Source of the DNA: an uncultured Alphaproteobacteria bacterium
GTDB taxonomy: Bacteria; Pseudomonadota; Alphaproteobacteria; Rhizobiales; Xanthobacteraceae
DNA length: 64,000 bases
NCBI GenBank assembly: GCA_963709825.1
Contig: CAVPXZ010000001.1
Location: 90,452 to 154,451, forward strand
Direction: 5' to 3'
Part shown: positions 20,557 through 30,696 of the stretch, in pieces
Position numbering within the stretch: position 1 is the stretch's first letter
How the letters are laid out: each line of letters opens with the position of its first letter
Translations under genes and position numbers: made by a program
The notes under the pieces: generated by a model
The model's input: only the letters and a program-made list of their open reading frames with translations
Database searches by the model: none
Told to the model about the DNA's origin: nothing

Positions 20557-20891
20557 TTAGGGCTTTGTACCGGCAAACTGATCGTATGCGCGCAGCGCAT
20601 CCCCTCCGTACACGGCCGCGGGCCCACCTCCCATGTAGATGGCGAGGGCAACCGTCTCCGCAACCTCTTCTCGGGTAGCTCCATGCTGATGGGCCATCTT
20701 CGTGTGGTAGGCGACGCAGCCATCGCAGTGGACTGCGATGCCGATCGCGAGCGCCATGAGTTCCTTCGTTTTGGTGTCGATGACGCGCGAAGCTGTCGCT
20801 GCCAACGATAAAGCACCGAATGCCTTCATTGCGTCTGGCGCCCCACGCCGGTGCTTACGTCATGAGCGATCTCTGCAAAGTCCCTGCTCAT
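20557..20891 (-). pseudogene. carboxymuconolactone decarboxylase/AhpD-family gene split by a frameshift (21-codon head plus 90-codon CxxC-containing body)
   Basis: Strong RBS gaggag then ATG at 20891 gives MSRDFAEIAHDVSTGVGRQTQ*. The stop overlaps the ATG (caATGAagg) of the 90-aa ORF 20557-20829, MKAFGAL...KTKELMALAIGIAVHCDGCVAYH. Confidence 0.65.
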
Positions 20892-20918
20892 ATTCAGCTC
20901 CTCGTTGCTTCAACGTGA

Positions 20919-22106
20919 TCAACGAACGGATTCGAGGGCAAGCGCGATGCCTTGACCGCCTCCGATGCACAAAGTCACGACACCTCGTTTGATCCCGTCG
21001 CGCTGCATCGAGTGCAAGATACGCGTCGTGAGCACCGCGCCGGTCGCGCCGATCGGGTGTCCGTGCGCGATGGCGCCGCCTTCCACATTGACGACATCCG
21101 GAGGCAAAGCGAGTTCCTTGAAGACAGCGATCACGATCGCCGCGAAAGCCTCGTTGATCTCGACGCGCTCGACATCAGCGATCTCCCAACCGGCGCGATC
21201 GAGCGCCTGACGCACGGCAGGGACAGGGCCGAGACCGAACATGCCTGGCTCAACAGCGCCGATGCCGTAGGCGACGAGGCGCGCCACTGGCTTGAGACCC
21301 CTCTTCTCCGCCCAAGCGCGGTCGGCCACGATCATTGCGGCAGCCCCGCTATTGAGCCCTGGCGCGTTACCGGCCGTGATCGTGCCGTCTTTGCGGAACG
21401 CTGGCTTTAGCTTCGATAGGCTTTCCAGCGTGGTATCTGGCCTGTTGTGCTCGTCCTTGTCGAACTTGGTTGGACCCTTGCGCGAGGTGATTTCGACCGC
21501 TGCGATCTCGGTTGCGAACGTGCCAGCCGATTGAGAAGCCGAAAACAGCTTCTGCGATCGCTCTGCCCAGCGGTCCTGCTCTTCGCGGGTGATCTGGTGC
21601 GAACGCGCAAGATCTTCCGTGTGCCATCCGGAATGCTGACCGGAGAAGGCATCGTTGAGGCCGTCCATCAGCATCGCATCGAAGATTTGCCCGTCGCCCA
21701 TGCGGTAGCCCCAGCGCCCTGAGCTCATGAGGTAGGGCGCTCGGTCCATGTTCTCCATGCCGCCGGCAACCGCGCTATCGATGAACCCGAGCATCACCTC
21801 CTGCGCGGCGCTGGCGATCGCCTGCGCGCCGGAACCACACACCCTGTTGACCGTCATCGCCGGAATATCGACCGGAACGCCACCATGGATGGCGGCCTGG
21901 CGCGCTGGGTTCATCTTGTTGCCGCCCTGGATCACGTTGCCCATGACGACCGTACCGACTTCATCAGGTGGCAGCTTCGCCCGCTCAAGCGTTGCACGGA
22001 CGACGACCGCACCAAGATCAGTCGCTGGCACGTCCTTGAGTGTGCCGCCGTATGTGCCAATGGCGGTGCGTACCGGCGAACAAATCACGACTTCTCTATT
22101 GGCCAT
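20919..22106 (-). CDS. acetyl-CoA C-acetyl/acyltransferase (thiolase)
   Basis: VNRVCGSG (active Cys), NEAFA, GGAIAHGHPIGATG, CIGGGQG. Confidence 0.9.
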   Translation of the reverse strand: MANREVVICSPVRTAIGTYGGTLKDVPATDLGAVVVRATLERAKLPPDEVGTVVMGNVIQGGNKMNPARQAAIHGGVPVDIPAMTVNRVCGSGAQAIASAAQEVMLGFIDSAVAGGMENMDRAPYLMSSGRWGYRMGDGQIFDAMLMDGLNDAFSGQHSGWHTEDLARSHQITREEQDRWAERSQKLFSASQSAGTFATEIAAVEITSRKGPTKFDKDEHNRPDTTLESLSKLKPAFRKDGTITAGNAPGLNSGAAAMIVADRAWAEKRGLKPVARLVAYGIGAVEPGMFGLGPVPAVRQALDRAGWEIADVERVEINEAFAAIVIAVFKELALPPDVVNVEGGAIAHGHPIGATGAVLTTRILHSMQRDGIKRGVVTLCIGGGQGIALALESVR

Positions 22107-22208
22107 GTTTCGATTTCCTCATGTCCCCTGCTGGGGCGTGCGCCATGAAAGCTTATGCTCGTCGTCATCGTGCGTTGCATCGAATTCGCCTCGAAGACTT
22201 CCCACATC

Positions 22209-22619
22209 TCAGGACTTTGGGGCTCGAATGATCTTACCTTCGAGCTTTGTCGCCGCGGCGACGGTGTTCGATACGGTGCCGAATTTCCGCACGTTGTAGT
22301 GCATCAGGTCGAGCCGGCGATCGTCCTCGTCCGTATCGACAATCAGTTCATAGGTTATGGAGGACATGAATGGCGGACTGTCCTGGCGGACACCGTGCAG
22401 GCGGACCTCCACGCCGCGAAATTCGAAATGGTTCATCGGCGCGACACGCTCGATGCCCTTGATCATGCAGGCGGCAATGGCCGCGAGGAACAATTCTGCC
22501 GGGTTGAAGGCATCCGGGCGACCGTTGACATCGGTGTCGAGAATTATATCAGCGCTCTTACAGCTGGCCGTGCTGCCATGAGCATCGATGCGTTTTGCTA
22601 CGACGTCATATTCGAACAT
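22209..22619 (-). CDS. OsmC-family peroxiredoxin-like protein
   Basis: 136 aa. NPAELFLAAIAACM motif typical of OsmC/Ohr. Confidence 0.75.
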   Translation of the reverse strand: MFEYDVVAKRIDAHGSTASCKSADIILDTDVNGRPDAFNPAELFLAAIAACMIKGIERVAPMNHFEFRGVEVRLHGVRQDSPPFMSSITYELIVDTDEDDRRLDLMHYNVRKFGTVSNTVAAATKLEGKIIRAPKS

Positions 22620-22821
22620 TACATAACCCTTCTGCGACTAATCGTGTCCGTTCGTCCAGACTTTCGGATCGTGCTTACCAGCAGTCGAAACGAAACCGAT
22701 TGAGATAGGTCAAAAAATGCCGGATGCGTTTTATTTCCGAACGAGTGCGGAATGGCCTAGGGAGCGCGTTCGCGATCGACTTTATGAGTGATCGACAAAT
22801 GAGCCGCCATGTCCGGAAAGG

Positions 22822-24342
22822 GCCGATTCTGTTGAAGAAGTCGGTGAGTAATTGGAGATGAATCAGCCTGGCCGTTCGAAGGCCCTCGATTGCAAACTGC
22901 TGGTGGTCTCAGGCTGGGTGAGGGCTTGGCATCGGTATCAGCTTCGCCAGCTTTCGGAGGTTTTGGGCGGTTGCTGCGAGCAGGAACTCATCGCGCGCGC
23001 CGTTTGGTCCTCTTAGTCTGAGCCGATCGAGTTTGAGAATGCGTTTGAGATGGGCGAACAGCATTTCAACTTTCTTGCGCAGTCGTCGCGCGGTGCGGCC
23101 TTGCCACGAGCCTGCGATCTGGCGCGCCATGTCACGGGCGCCTTCATAGATCGATCGCGGCACGTACCGGGCCGGCTCCTTCGGACAGCATCGGGGCTTT
23201 AGGCGGCAGGCTTGGCAGTCATACTTGCTCGCGCGGTAGCGTAATGTCGCTCCGTCATTCACACGTGAGCCGGTCGTCGTCAGCATCTTGCCGGCGGGGC
23301 AAGAATAGACGTCGCCGACATGGTCATAGGTGAAGTCGTCGCGTGAGAAGGTGCCGTCCTGACGGGTCGACTTATCGAACACGGTCACATGTGGCTCGAT
23401 GCCATGCTCGTAGACGAGCCATCCGAGCATCTCGGCTGAGCCGTAGGCGCTGTCTCCGAGGAGGCGGGCGGGATAAAGATCGAAGCGATCGAGCGAGCGT
23501 TCTATCATGCGTTTTGCGGCCAGGACCTCGGCCTGCCGGATCGCGGTTGTGGCTTCGACATCAACGATGATCGCGTTGTCGACATCGATCATATAGTTGG
23601 TGGAATAGGCGAAGAATGCTTGTCCGCCATGGGCTCCGGTCCATCGCGCCGCCGGATCGGCCGGTGAGACGAACTTGGGCACGACATCGGTCGCAGCGCC
23701 GAAGGCCTCATCGTCGAGCACAGCCATATACTCTTTGACCGCCCGGCCGGTCGCTTCTGGTGGCAGCCCCTTTTCGCCCTCGATCCCTTTCTGCCGATTG
23801 GCATCCGCCTTGATTAGACTGGCATCGATCGCAAAGGCTTCCCCGCCGACCAGTCCCTCGCGGATGCAGCGCTGCAGCACCGTCTCAAAGACGCGTCGAA
23901 GGAGATCGCTCTCGCGGAAACGGCCATGCCGGTTCTTCGAGAAGGTCGAATGATCGGGGACATCGCCGTCAAGCCCGAGCCGACAGAACCACCTGTACGC
24001 CAGATTGAGGTGAACCTCTTCGCAGAGGCGCCGTTCGGACCGAATGCCGAAGCAATAGCCGACGATCAGCATCCGGATCATCAGCTCGGGAGCGACCGAC
24101 GGGCGACCCATCAAGCTGTAGAACGGCGCGAGCTCGCGGCGCAGTTCCGACAGCTCGACAAAGCGGTCGATCGATCTTAGCAAATGATCCGCCGGAACAT
24201 GCGCATCAAGCGAGAAGTTGTAGAACAGCACACCCTGTTCGATTTGCCGTGGTCCCATCATCGACTCAGTTCCTGCTTCTCAACAGCACTGAATCAGTGG
24301 GCTTTCAGCGTTTCAACCGGCGAGTTTTTCAACAGAATCGAC
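22822..24342 (-). mobile_element. IS1182-family (IS5-like DDE) insertion sequence, complete copy (boundaries +/-20 bp)
   Basis: Imperfect terminal IRs ccgattctgttgaagaagtcgg (22823-) and the reverse complement of ccggcgagtttttcaacagaatcga (-24342). They enclose a single 450-aa transposase. Confidence 0.8.
22909..24261 (-). CDS. IS1182-family transposase
   Basis: N-terminus FYNFSLDAHVPADHLLR...RPSVAPELMIRMLIVGYCFGIRSERRL..LAYRWFC and C-terminus EMLFAHLKRILKLDRLRLRG, both typical of the family. Confidence 0.9.
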   Translation of the reverse strand: MMGPRQIEQGVLFYNFSLDAHVPADHLLRSIDRFVELSELRRELAPFYSLMGRPSVAPELMIRMLIVGYCFGIRSERRLCEEVHLNLAYRWFCRLGLDGDVPDHSTFSKNRHGRFRESDLLRRVFETVLQRCIREGLVGGEAFAIDASLIKADANRQKGIEGEKGLPPEATGRAVKEYMAVLDDEAFGAATDVVPKFVSPADPAARWTGAHGGQAFFAYSTNYMIDVDNAIIVDVEATTAIRQAEVLAAKRMIERSLDRFDLYPARLLGDSAYGSAEMLGWLVYEHGIEPHVTVFDKSTRQDGTFSRDDFTYDHVGDVYSCPAGKMLTTTGSRVNDGATLRYRASKYDCQACRLKPRCCPKEPARYVPRSIYEGARDMARQIAGSWQGRTARRLRKKVEMLFAHLKRILKLDRLRLRGPNGARDEFLLAATAQNLRKLAKLIPMPSPHPA

Positions 24343-24552
24343 CACAAGCAAACTCATCCGCTGTCTCGTCGTCGTCTGGCTTGCGTCAATTCGGTTTTGG
24401 TTGCGCGTTAATAAGTCCGGAGCTCTAGTTGGGGGCCCAGGCCCCGCGGCGCGTGCATGGGTGCCGCGGCATTGACGCGTGACCGAAGCAGGTTCATCTC
24501 GCTTGCCGGATTTGATAGGGTGCGTCAGGGAGCCTAGCCAAGGAGATCGATC

Positions 24553-25734
24553 ATGCTGGACGTCACCAAGCGACCGCAAGTTGCGCCGTTCGACACCGCG
24601 AGGCTCGATCAGCTGATGGACGAAGCCGGCATCGACGTGCTGGTCGCCACCTCGAAGCCCAATGTCCAATATCTCCTCGGCGGCCATCGCTCGTTCTTCT
24701 TCGATACCATGGATGCGATCGGCGTCACCCGCTATCTGCCGGTATTCGTCTACGTCAAGGGCGCCTCGCAAAAGGCAGGCTATTTCGGCCATCGCATGGA
24801 AGGCTATCAAACCCAGGTCAAGCCGTTCTGGGTCTCCGAGGTTAATACCAAAAGCTCCGGCGCGGTCGATGTCATGGAGCAGGCTGCGGACTACCTGCGC
24901 CGCCTCGGCACGAAGCCGAAGTCCATCGGCCTCGAGCTGGCATTCATCCCGACCGCCACGTCAGCCACGCTGCGCAAGGCCTTCCCCGACGCCGAGTTTA
25001 AGGACGCGCTGTTCGTCCTCGAGCGCTTGCGCGCGCGCAAAACTCCCGAAGAGCTGGAGAAGCTCCGCCACGCCTCCGAGCTGGTCATCAACTCGATGCT
25101 CGCGGTCTTCCAGAGCCACGGCGCCGGCGCCACCAAAGCGGAAATGGCCGAGGCGTTGCGCCGCGAAGAAACAATGCGCGGACTGATCTTCGACTACTGC
25201 CTGATCGCCGCAGGCTCTAGTTTGAACCGCGCGCCGTCGGAGCAGCGCTGGGGGAAGGGCGATCCGCTGTCGGTTGACTCCGGCGGCAACTACCACGGCT
25301 ATATCGGCGATCTGGCGCGCATGGCGGTTGCCGGCGAGCCCGACGCCGAGCTTGTCGATTTGCTGGCCGAGATCGAGTCGATTCAGCAGGCGGCGTTCAA
25401 GCCGATCCGCGCTGGCGTCAAGGGCGGCGAGATTTATACGGCGGCCAACTCCGTGCTGCATCAATCAAAGCTGCACAACCACATCGAATTCCTCGCCCAC
25501 GGCATGGGGCTCGTGAGCCACGAAGCGCCGCGGCTGACCAGTTCGGGTCCAGTGCCGTACGATGACTATGATGCGCACCGGCCGCTCGAAGCCGGCATGG
25601 TGATTTCGGTCGAAACCACCCTGCTGCATCCGCGCCGCGGCTTCATCAAGCTCGAAGATACGGTGGTGGTCACACCGAACGGCTTCGAAGTGTATGGCGA
25701 TCGCGCCCGCGGCTGGAATCGCGCCGGCGTCTGA
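24553..25734 (+). CDS. M24-family metallopeptidase (Xaa-Pro peptidase/creatinase-like)
   Basis: Creatinase-like N-domain. M24 metal ligands in DSGGNYHGYIGDLAR, HGMGL and VETT contexts. Confidence 0.8.
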   Translation: MLDVTKRPQVAPFDTARLDQLMDEAGIDVLVATSKPNVQYLLGGHRSFFFDTMDAIGVTRYLPVFVYVKGASQKAGYFGHRMEGYQTQVKPFWVSEVNTKSSGAVDVMEQAADYLRRLGTKPKSIGLELAFIPTATSATLRKAFPDAEFKDALFVLERLRARKTPEELEKLRHASELVINSMLAVFQSHGAGATKAEMAEALRREETMRGLIFDYCLIAAGSSLNRAPSEQRWGKGDPLSVDSGGNYHGYIGDLARMAVAGEPDAELVDLLAEIESIQQAAFKPIRAGVKGGEIYTAANSVLHQSKLHNHIEFLAHGMGLVSHEAPRLTSSGPVPYDDYDAHRPLEAGMVISVETTLLHPRRGFIKLEDTVVVTPNGFEVYGDRARGWNRAGV

Positions 25735-25851
25735 TCCGGGCTAGCCGCGCGTCCTGCGGCGTGTCGGCGATCCGTTAGCCGACCGTATCCGCTGAAGTCT
25801 GCTTTTGCGTCTTCAGGCAGCGGCGAGCGGCCGGGGTCGGATGGCGGCTTG

Positions 25852-26079
25852 TCAGGTCACGCTGCGGTCGACGCTGTAACCGCGATTGCGTTGAAGCTCG
25901 TCGATCTGGCGCCGCAGCTTTCGCAAGTATGCGAAATATGCGGTCCCGCCAAAAATCCACGATGCCGCGGCCACGCCGAAGATCATCGGATCAGCCCCCG
26001 GCCACAAATTCCTGATGAGAGCGCAGGTCATTGCCCAAGCGAGCAGGATCAAGATTGCCCGCGGCAGGAGGTAAGCCAT
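25852..26079 (-). CDS. small two-TM membrane protein, hypothetical
   Basis: MAYLLPRAILILLAWAMTCALI... and FGVAAASWIFGGTAYFAYL helices. RBS-like gaggtg upstream. Confidence 0.4.
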   Translation of the reverse strand: MAYLLPRAILILLAWAMTCALIRNLWPGADPMIFGVAAASWIFGGTAYFAYLRKLRRQIDELQRNRGYSVDRSVT

Positions 26080-26268
26080 GATTCGCACCTCGTGATGATA
26101 GCGAGGTACGATGGTGGGGCAGTATGGTTAGCATCAGGTAAATCCGGGCTCTGGCCGTCGAGGCTCGCTAAACCGCCGCGACGATGCGCCGGCCTCCAAC
26201 GTGCCGTCCCGGCTAGCTAGGCTTGCATTCATTTCTGGCCTGAATCTTGATTGTCACGGATCGGGCCT

Positions 26269-28251
26269 ATGAAACACCGTGACCGACGAGGCGCTGCGAT
26301 GGAAGTGCCGTCTAATACGGCGGTTGGCGCCAGCGATCAGAGCCCGGAATCGGAGCACGGCCAAGCGTACGCCCGCGGGGCCGGAGGGCAGCATGGCCCA
26401 TCGCTGCTGGCGCTGACGGCGCTCGGCGTCGTGTTCGGCGATATTGGCACGAGCCCCCTGTACACGTTTTCCACGGCGCTCAACGCCACCGGCCACGCAC
26501 CCGATGCCACTGCGGTGCTCGGCATCGTCTCGCTGACGTTCTGGGCGCTGATGGTGCTGATCTCGGTGAAGTACGTCACACTCGTCCTGCGCGCCGACAA
26601 TGAGGGGGAGGGCGGCATCCTGGCTCTCCTGTCGCTGGTCGAGGGCCACCGCGAAACCAACGATCGGATCAAATTGTCGATCGTGGTTCTGCTCGGCGTC
26701 ATCGGTGCCGCGCTGCTTTATGGCGACGGCGTCATCACGCCGGCGATTTCGGTGCTTTCGGCCATCGAGGGACTGAAATTCAGCCCCAGCGCCGCGAACT
26801 TTGTCGTACCGGCAACGCTGGTCATCCTGGTCGGGCTTTTCGCGCTTCAATATCGCGGCACCGGCAGCGTCGGCCGGTTGTTCGGGCCGGTCATGGTGGT
26901 CTGGTTCGTCGCCATCGGCGTCCTCGGCATCGTCAACATCTGGGCAGCGCCGGCGATCATTGCGGCCTTCAATCCGATGGCGGCGGTGCGCTTTGCCATC
27001 GCCAGCCCGGTCACGCTGTTCATCGTGCTGGGCGGCGTGTTTCTGGCGCTGACCGGCGGCGAGGCGCTCTATGCCGACATGGGCCATGTCGGCCGCCTCG
27101 CCATCCGCCGGGCGTGGTTCGGCCTGGTCTTTCCGGCGCTCATTCTGAACTATTTCGGGCAGGGCGCGCACGTTCTCGCCGATCCGAAGGCGATCGAAAA
27201 TCCGTTCTACAGCCTTGCCCCGCAATGGGCGGTGATCCCGTTGGTGGTGCTGGCGACACTGGCGACGATCATCGCCTCGCAGGCGCTCATTTCCGGCGTG
27301 TTCTCGATGACCCGGCAGGCCATTCAGATGGGCTTGAGTCCGCGCTGCAAAATTATTCCGACATCGAGCGACGAAGCCGGACAGGTTTATCTGCCGACGG
27401 CGAATTGGCTGCTGATGGCCGGGACTTTGCTGGTCGTGATCGTGTTCAGGAGTTCGGATGCGCTCGCATCCGCTTACGGCATCGCCGTGTCCGGGACCAT
27501 GCTGGTCACGACGATCCTCTTGTATCGTGTCGCAGTGACGCGGTGGAATTGGCCGCCGATCGTCGCCGGCGCGGTGATTGCGGTGTTCAGCGGGATCGAG
27601 GCCATTTTCCTGGTGTCCAACTCGCTGAAGATTGTCCAGGGCGGCTGGTTCCCGCTGATCGTCGGGGCTGCGATCGCGACCTTGATGCTGTCTTGGCGGC
27701 GGGGCTCGTTGGAGGTGCGGCGGCGCCTCTATGCCATGTCGATCCTGCCGATCGAGCGCTTCCTGACCTATGTCGACGATCTCTGCATCGGCCGCCCGCC
27801 CGGCCTCGGCGTCTGGCTGACCAAGGTCGAGCACGGCGCCTCGCCGATGCTGATTCGCCACCTCCAGCACAATCGGGTTTTTCACGAAAAGGTGGCGCTG
27901 CTGAGCTTCGTGTTCGATCGCCGGCCGCGCGTGCCGTTCCATGAGCGCCACCAGGTCGAGCGCATCGGCCACGGCTTCTATCGGGTGCAGGTGCGGCTCG
28001 GCTTCATGCAGACGCCCGACGTGCCGCGGAGCCTGGAAAACATCAAGATGCTGGGGTTCGACGTCGACCTCGAGCGCAAACATTATTATCTCGCGCACGA
28101 GACCATCCTGCGGCGCGAGAAAAACTCCGCGATGGGCCGGATACCCTTCGCGATCTTTTCCTTCCTCAGCAAGATTTCCAGCCGGGCGCCGGATTATTTC
28201 AAAATCCCGCACGATGGCGTCATCGAAGTCGGCTTCCGCGTCGAGATTTGA
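26269..28251 (+). CDS. kup: potassium uptake protein Kup (KUP/HAK/KT family)
   Basis: ALGVVFGDIGTSPLY signature and 12 TM helices. Start is ambiguous (ATG 26269 or 26299). Confidence 0.9.
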   Translation: MKHRDRRGAAMEVPSNTAVGASDQSPESEHGQAYARGAGGQHGPSLLALTALGVVFGDIGTSPLYTFSTALNATGHAPDATAVLGIVSLTFWALMVLISVKYVTLVLRADNEGEGGILALLSLVEGHRETNDRIKLSIVVLLGVIGAALLYGDGVITPAISVLSAIEGLKFSPSAANFVVPATLVILVGLFALQYRGTGSVGRLFGPVMVVWFVAIGVLGIVNIWAAPAIIAAFNPMAAVRFAIASPVTLFIVLGGVFLALTGGEALYADMGHVGRLAIRRAWFGLVFPALILNYFGQGAHVLADPKAIENPFYSLAPQWAVIPLVVLATLATIIASQALISGVFSMTRQAIQMGLSPRCKIIPTSSDEAGQVYLPTANWLLMAGTLLVVIVFRSSDALASAYGIAVSGTMLVTTILLYRVAVTRWNWPPIVAGAVIAVFSGIEAIFLVSNSLKIVQGGWFPLIVGAAIATLMLSWRRGSLEVRRRLYAMSILPIERFLTYVDDLCIGRPPGLGVWLTKVEHGASPMLIRHLQHNRVFHEKVALLSFVFDRRPRVPFHERHQVERIGHGFYRVQVRLGFMQTPDVPRSLENIKMLGFDVDLERKHYYLAHETILRREKNSAMGRIPFAIFSFLSKISSRAPDYFKIPHDGVIEVGFRVEI

Positions 28252-28267
28252 GTTTCGCCAGCATTGT

Positions 28268-28330
28268 CCGCTCGTCCCCGCGAAGACCGGGGACTCAGTC
28301 TGGATTCCCGCTTGCGCGGGAATGAGCGGC
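28268..28330. repeat. REP-like double-hairpin intergenic element
   Basis: Hairpins tccccg-cgaagac-cgggga (28275-28293) and attcccgc-ttgc-gcgggaat (28304-28323). Translates as the IPAQAGIQ-type artefact in antisense ORFs. Confidence 0.75.
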
Positions 28331-28441
28331 GGGGATTCACGTGGTACAAACTCGCGCCGATGTCTTGACAACGCGCCGTTAAATCGGCGCACTAAAACAC
28401 TGGATCACGGTCGCGTCGGGAACGGCTCTGGGGAGGAATTG

Positions 28442-28837
28442 ATGCGCCTTGTTGCCTGCGGTCTCGCTGCATTCCTGCTGTCAACTCCGGCTGCGCATGC
28501 CGAGATGTCCGGCGGCAAGGTCAAGATCGGGGTGCTCACCGATCTCTCCGGGCCTTACGAGCAGAATTCGGGCGCCGGCTCGGGCGAGGCGGCGAATTCG
28601 GACGATCCCAAGGTCGTCCTCGCCAAGATGCGTGAAATGCCGGTGAACGACGCTTTCACGCGCGATGGAAGACTGCGGGCTGACGGCCGCATGGTGCATG
28701 ACGGCTTTCTGGTTCAGATCAAGTCGCCGGCCGAATCCAAAGGTGAGTGGGATCTGCCGAAGCTCGTCTCCGCCATCCCCGGCGATAAGGCGTTTCGTCC
28801 GCTCGAAGCCGGCGGCGGTCTCGCGCTCGCGCATTGA
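28442..28837 (+). pseudogene. LivK-type ABC substrate-binding protein with a large in-frame internal deletion (131 aa left)
   Basis: Signal peptide and N-terminus (MRLVACGLAAFLLSTPAAHA..KIGVLTDLSGPYEQNSGAGSGEAA) are joined directly to a C-terminal segment (DDPKVVLAKMREMPVNDAF..GRMVHD..IKSPAESKG). Full-length relatives are about 400 aa. Confidence 0.65.
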
Positions 28838-28854
28838 ACCATGGTGTCCCGGTG

Positions 28855-30093
28855 ATGCAGGATTTTTACGATGCGCTGGAGACCCGCGCGCCGGAAGCGC
28901 GCGAACGCGAGCAGTTTTCGCAGCTGCCGCAGTTGATCGCGCGGGCCGTGACCGCGCCGGGCTGGGGCGCGCAGCTCGCCGGCATCGATCCGGCAGCGGT
29001 CACCTCGCGCGCGGCGCTGGCCGGCTTGCCGGTGCTGCGCAAATCCGACCTCAAGGATCGGCAACAGGATAATCCGCCGCTCGGTGGCTTTGCCGTCACC
29101 GCGCCGGGAAAGCTGAAGCGTTTGTTGATGTCGCCCGGACCGATCTTCGAGCCGGAAGGCCACGGCAAGGACTGGTGGAACTCCGCGCGCGCGCTGTTCG
29201 CCGCCGGTTTCCGCGCCGGCGAGGTGGTGCACAACTCATTTGCCTATCACCTCACGCCCGGCGGCTTTATTCTCGAGGCCGGCGCCCATGCGCTCGGCTG
29301 CACGGTCATTCCCGGCGGCGTCGGCAATACCGAGCAGCAGGTTGACGCGATCGCGCAGCTCAAACCGAGCGGCTACACCGGCACGCCGGATTTTCTCAAA
29401 ATCCTGCTCGATACGGCGGCGAAGGCGGGCAAAGACGTATCATCGATCAAGCGGGGCCTGGTTTCGGGGGCGGCCCTGCCGTCGTCGCTGCGCGCCGAGC
29501 TTGCGGCCCGCGGCGTCGCGGTCTTGCAGTGCTACGCCACCGCCGAGCTCGGCGTGATCGCCTACGAAACCCCGGCGCTGGAAGGCATGGTGATCAATGA
29601 ATCGGTCATCGTCGAGATCGTGCGGCCGGGCACCGGCGACCCGCTCGCCGAAGGCGACGTGGGCGAAGTGGTCGTGACGTCGTTCAACGCCGATTATCCG
29701 ATGATCCGCCTAGCCACTGGCGACCTCTCCGCCGTGCTTGTTGGGGGCTCGCCGTGCGGCCGCACCAACACGCGGATCAAAGGCTGGATGGGACGGGCCG
29801 ATCAGACCACAAAAGTGAAAGGCATGTTCGTGCATCCGGGTCAGATCGCCGAAGTCGCCAAGCGTCATCCCGAGCTTCTGCGCGTGCGCCTGTCGGTCGT
29901 TCGCGAGGCCGAGCAGGACGTGATGACGCTCGCGGCTGAATGCGCCGGCGCTGGAGCGGCAAGCGGCCTTGCCGATGCGGTGGTGGCGAGCCTGCAGGCG
30001 GTGACCAAGCTCAAAGGCCGCGTCACGCTGGTGCCGCCCGGCACGCTGCCGAACGACGGCAAGATCATCGCCGACGAGCGGAGCGTCGGGTGA
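28855..30093 (+). CDS. phenylacetate-CoA ligase family protein (PaaK-like adenylate-forming enzyme)
   Basis: About 410 aa. GYTGTPDFL and SGAALP motifs with an ANL-superfamily core. This type commonly accompanies LIV-type ABC clusters in rhizobia. Confidence 0.75.
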   Translation: MQDFYDALETRAPEAREREQFSQLPQLIARAVTAPGWGAQLAGIDPAAVTSRAALAGLPVLRKSDLKDRQQDNPPLGGFAVTAPGKLKRLLMSPGPIFEPEGHGKDWWNSARALFAAGFRAGEVVHNSFAYHLTPGGFILEAGAHALGCTVIPGGVGNTEQQVDAIAQLKPSGYTGTPDFLKILLDTAAKAGKDVSSIKRGLVSGAALPSSLRAELAARGVAVLQCYATAELGVIAYETPALEGMVINESVIVEIVRPGTGDPLAEGDVGEVVVTSFNADYPMIRLATGDLSAVLVGGSPCGRTNTRIKGWMGRADQTTKVKGMFVHPGQIAEVAKRHPELLRVRLSVVREAEQDVMTLAAECAGAGAASGLADAVVASLQAVTKLKGRVTLVPPGTLPNDGKIIADERSVG

Positions 30094-30195
30094 GCCGCAA
30101 AGCGCGAGGTTTCCGCAACCCTCGCAACCCTCGCAACGATCCGCCCAATTCACCGCCGCGACAATGGCTATTCGCCCTTACAACAGGAGAGCAAT

Positions 30196-30687
30196 GTGGC
30201 ATGCGACCTGCTGCAAAAAATCGAGCTTTTGCACAGCGCCGGAACTCAATTCATTCCCAGCAACGCGCACGACATGGTGAAAACCTTTTATGAAATCCTG
30301 ACCGTCCTCGATGGAAAAGGATTGGCTCTGCTGGCCTTTGACGGCATCGTCGTCGCGGCCACCACATTCGCGGCCGAAAAGGCCGACGTTTTTCACAAGC
30401 CCGGTTTGGCGCGATGGCTGGCGATTCTGGTGATCGCTTTATCGCTGGCGGCCGCTGCGTTATGTCTCGGCGTTTCCGAGATCTCTTATTCGTTCTTCCA
30501 TTATGTCGAATGCAGCGGACCCGACAAACTGGATTACACAAATGAGATCGATCACCTCGCGATGCTGGTGGACTGGCGCACGGCCTATTATCAGATCGCC
30601 TGGTCGTTTTCGATCATCGCTATTCCGCTGTTCATGGTGATGTTTGCGGTGTCGCTCAAATGGAGAAAGCCTGGCAGCGCGAAATAG
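30196..30687 (+). CDS. hypothetical membrane protein (163 aa, 2-3 TM), lower GC than its neighbours
   Basis: RBS aggaga 5 nt before GTG 30196. Hydrophobic helices WLAILVIALSLAAAALCLGV and IAWSFSIIAIPLFMVMFAV. No domain recognised. Confidence 0.5.
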   Translation: MACDLLQKIELLHSAGTQFIPSNAHDMVKTFYEILTVLDGKGLALLAFDGIVVAATTFAAEKADVFHKPGLARWLAILVIALSLAAAALCLGVSEISYSFFHYVECSGPDKLDYTNEIDHLAMLVDWRTAYYQIAWSFSIIAIPLFMVMFAVSLKWRKPGSAK

Positions 30688-30696
30688 ATCGGCGCC

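Noticed and set aside
26254-28392. 712-aa minus-strand ORF, with similar long antisense ORFs at 35261-37147, 17469-19109, 3918-5114, 37075-38331 and 47904-49373
   Set aside because: They lie antisense to genes with clear family signatures (Kup, CoxL-like, GGDEF, PbpC/PAP2, SBP, IS91 transposase). They are Arg/Ala/Pro/Gly-rich with no motifs. This is the usual high-GC open-frame artefact.
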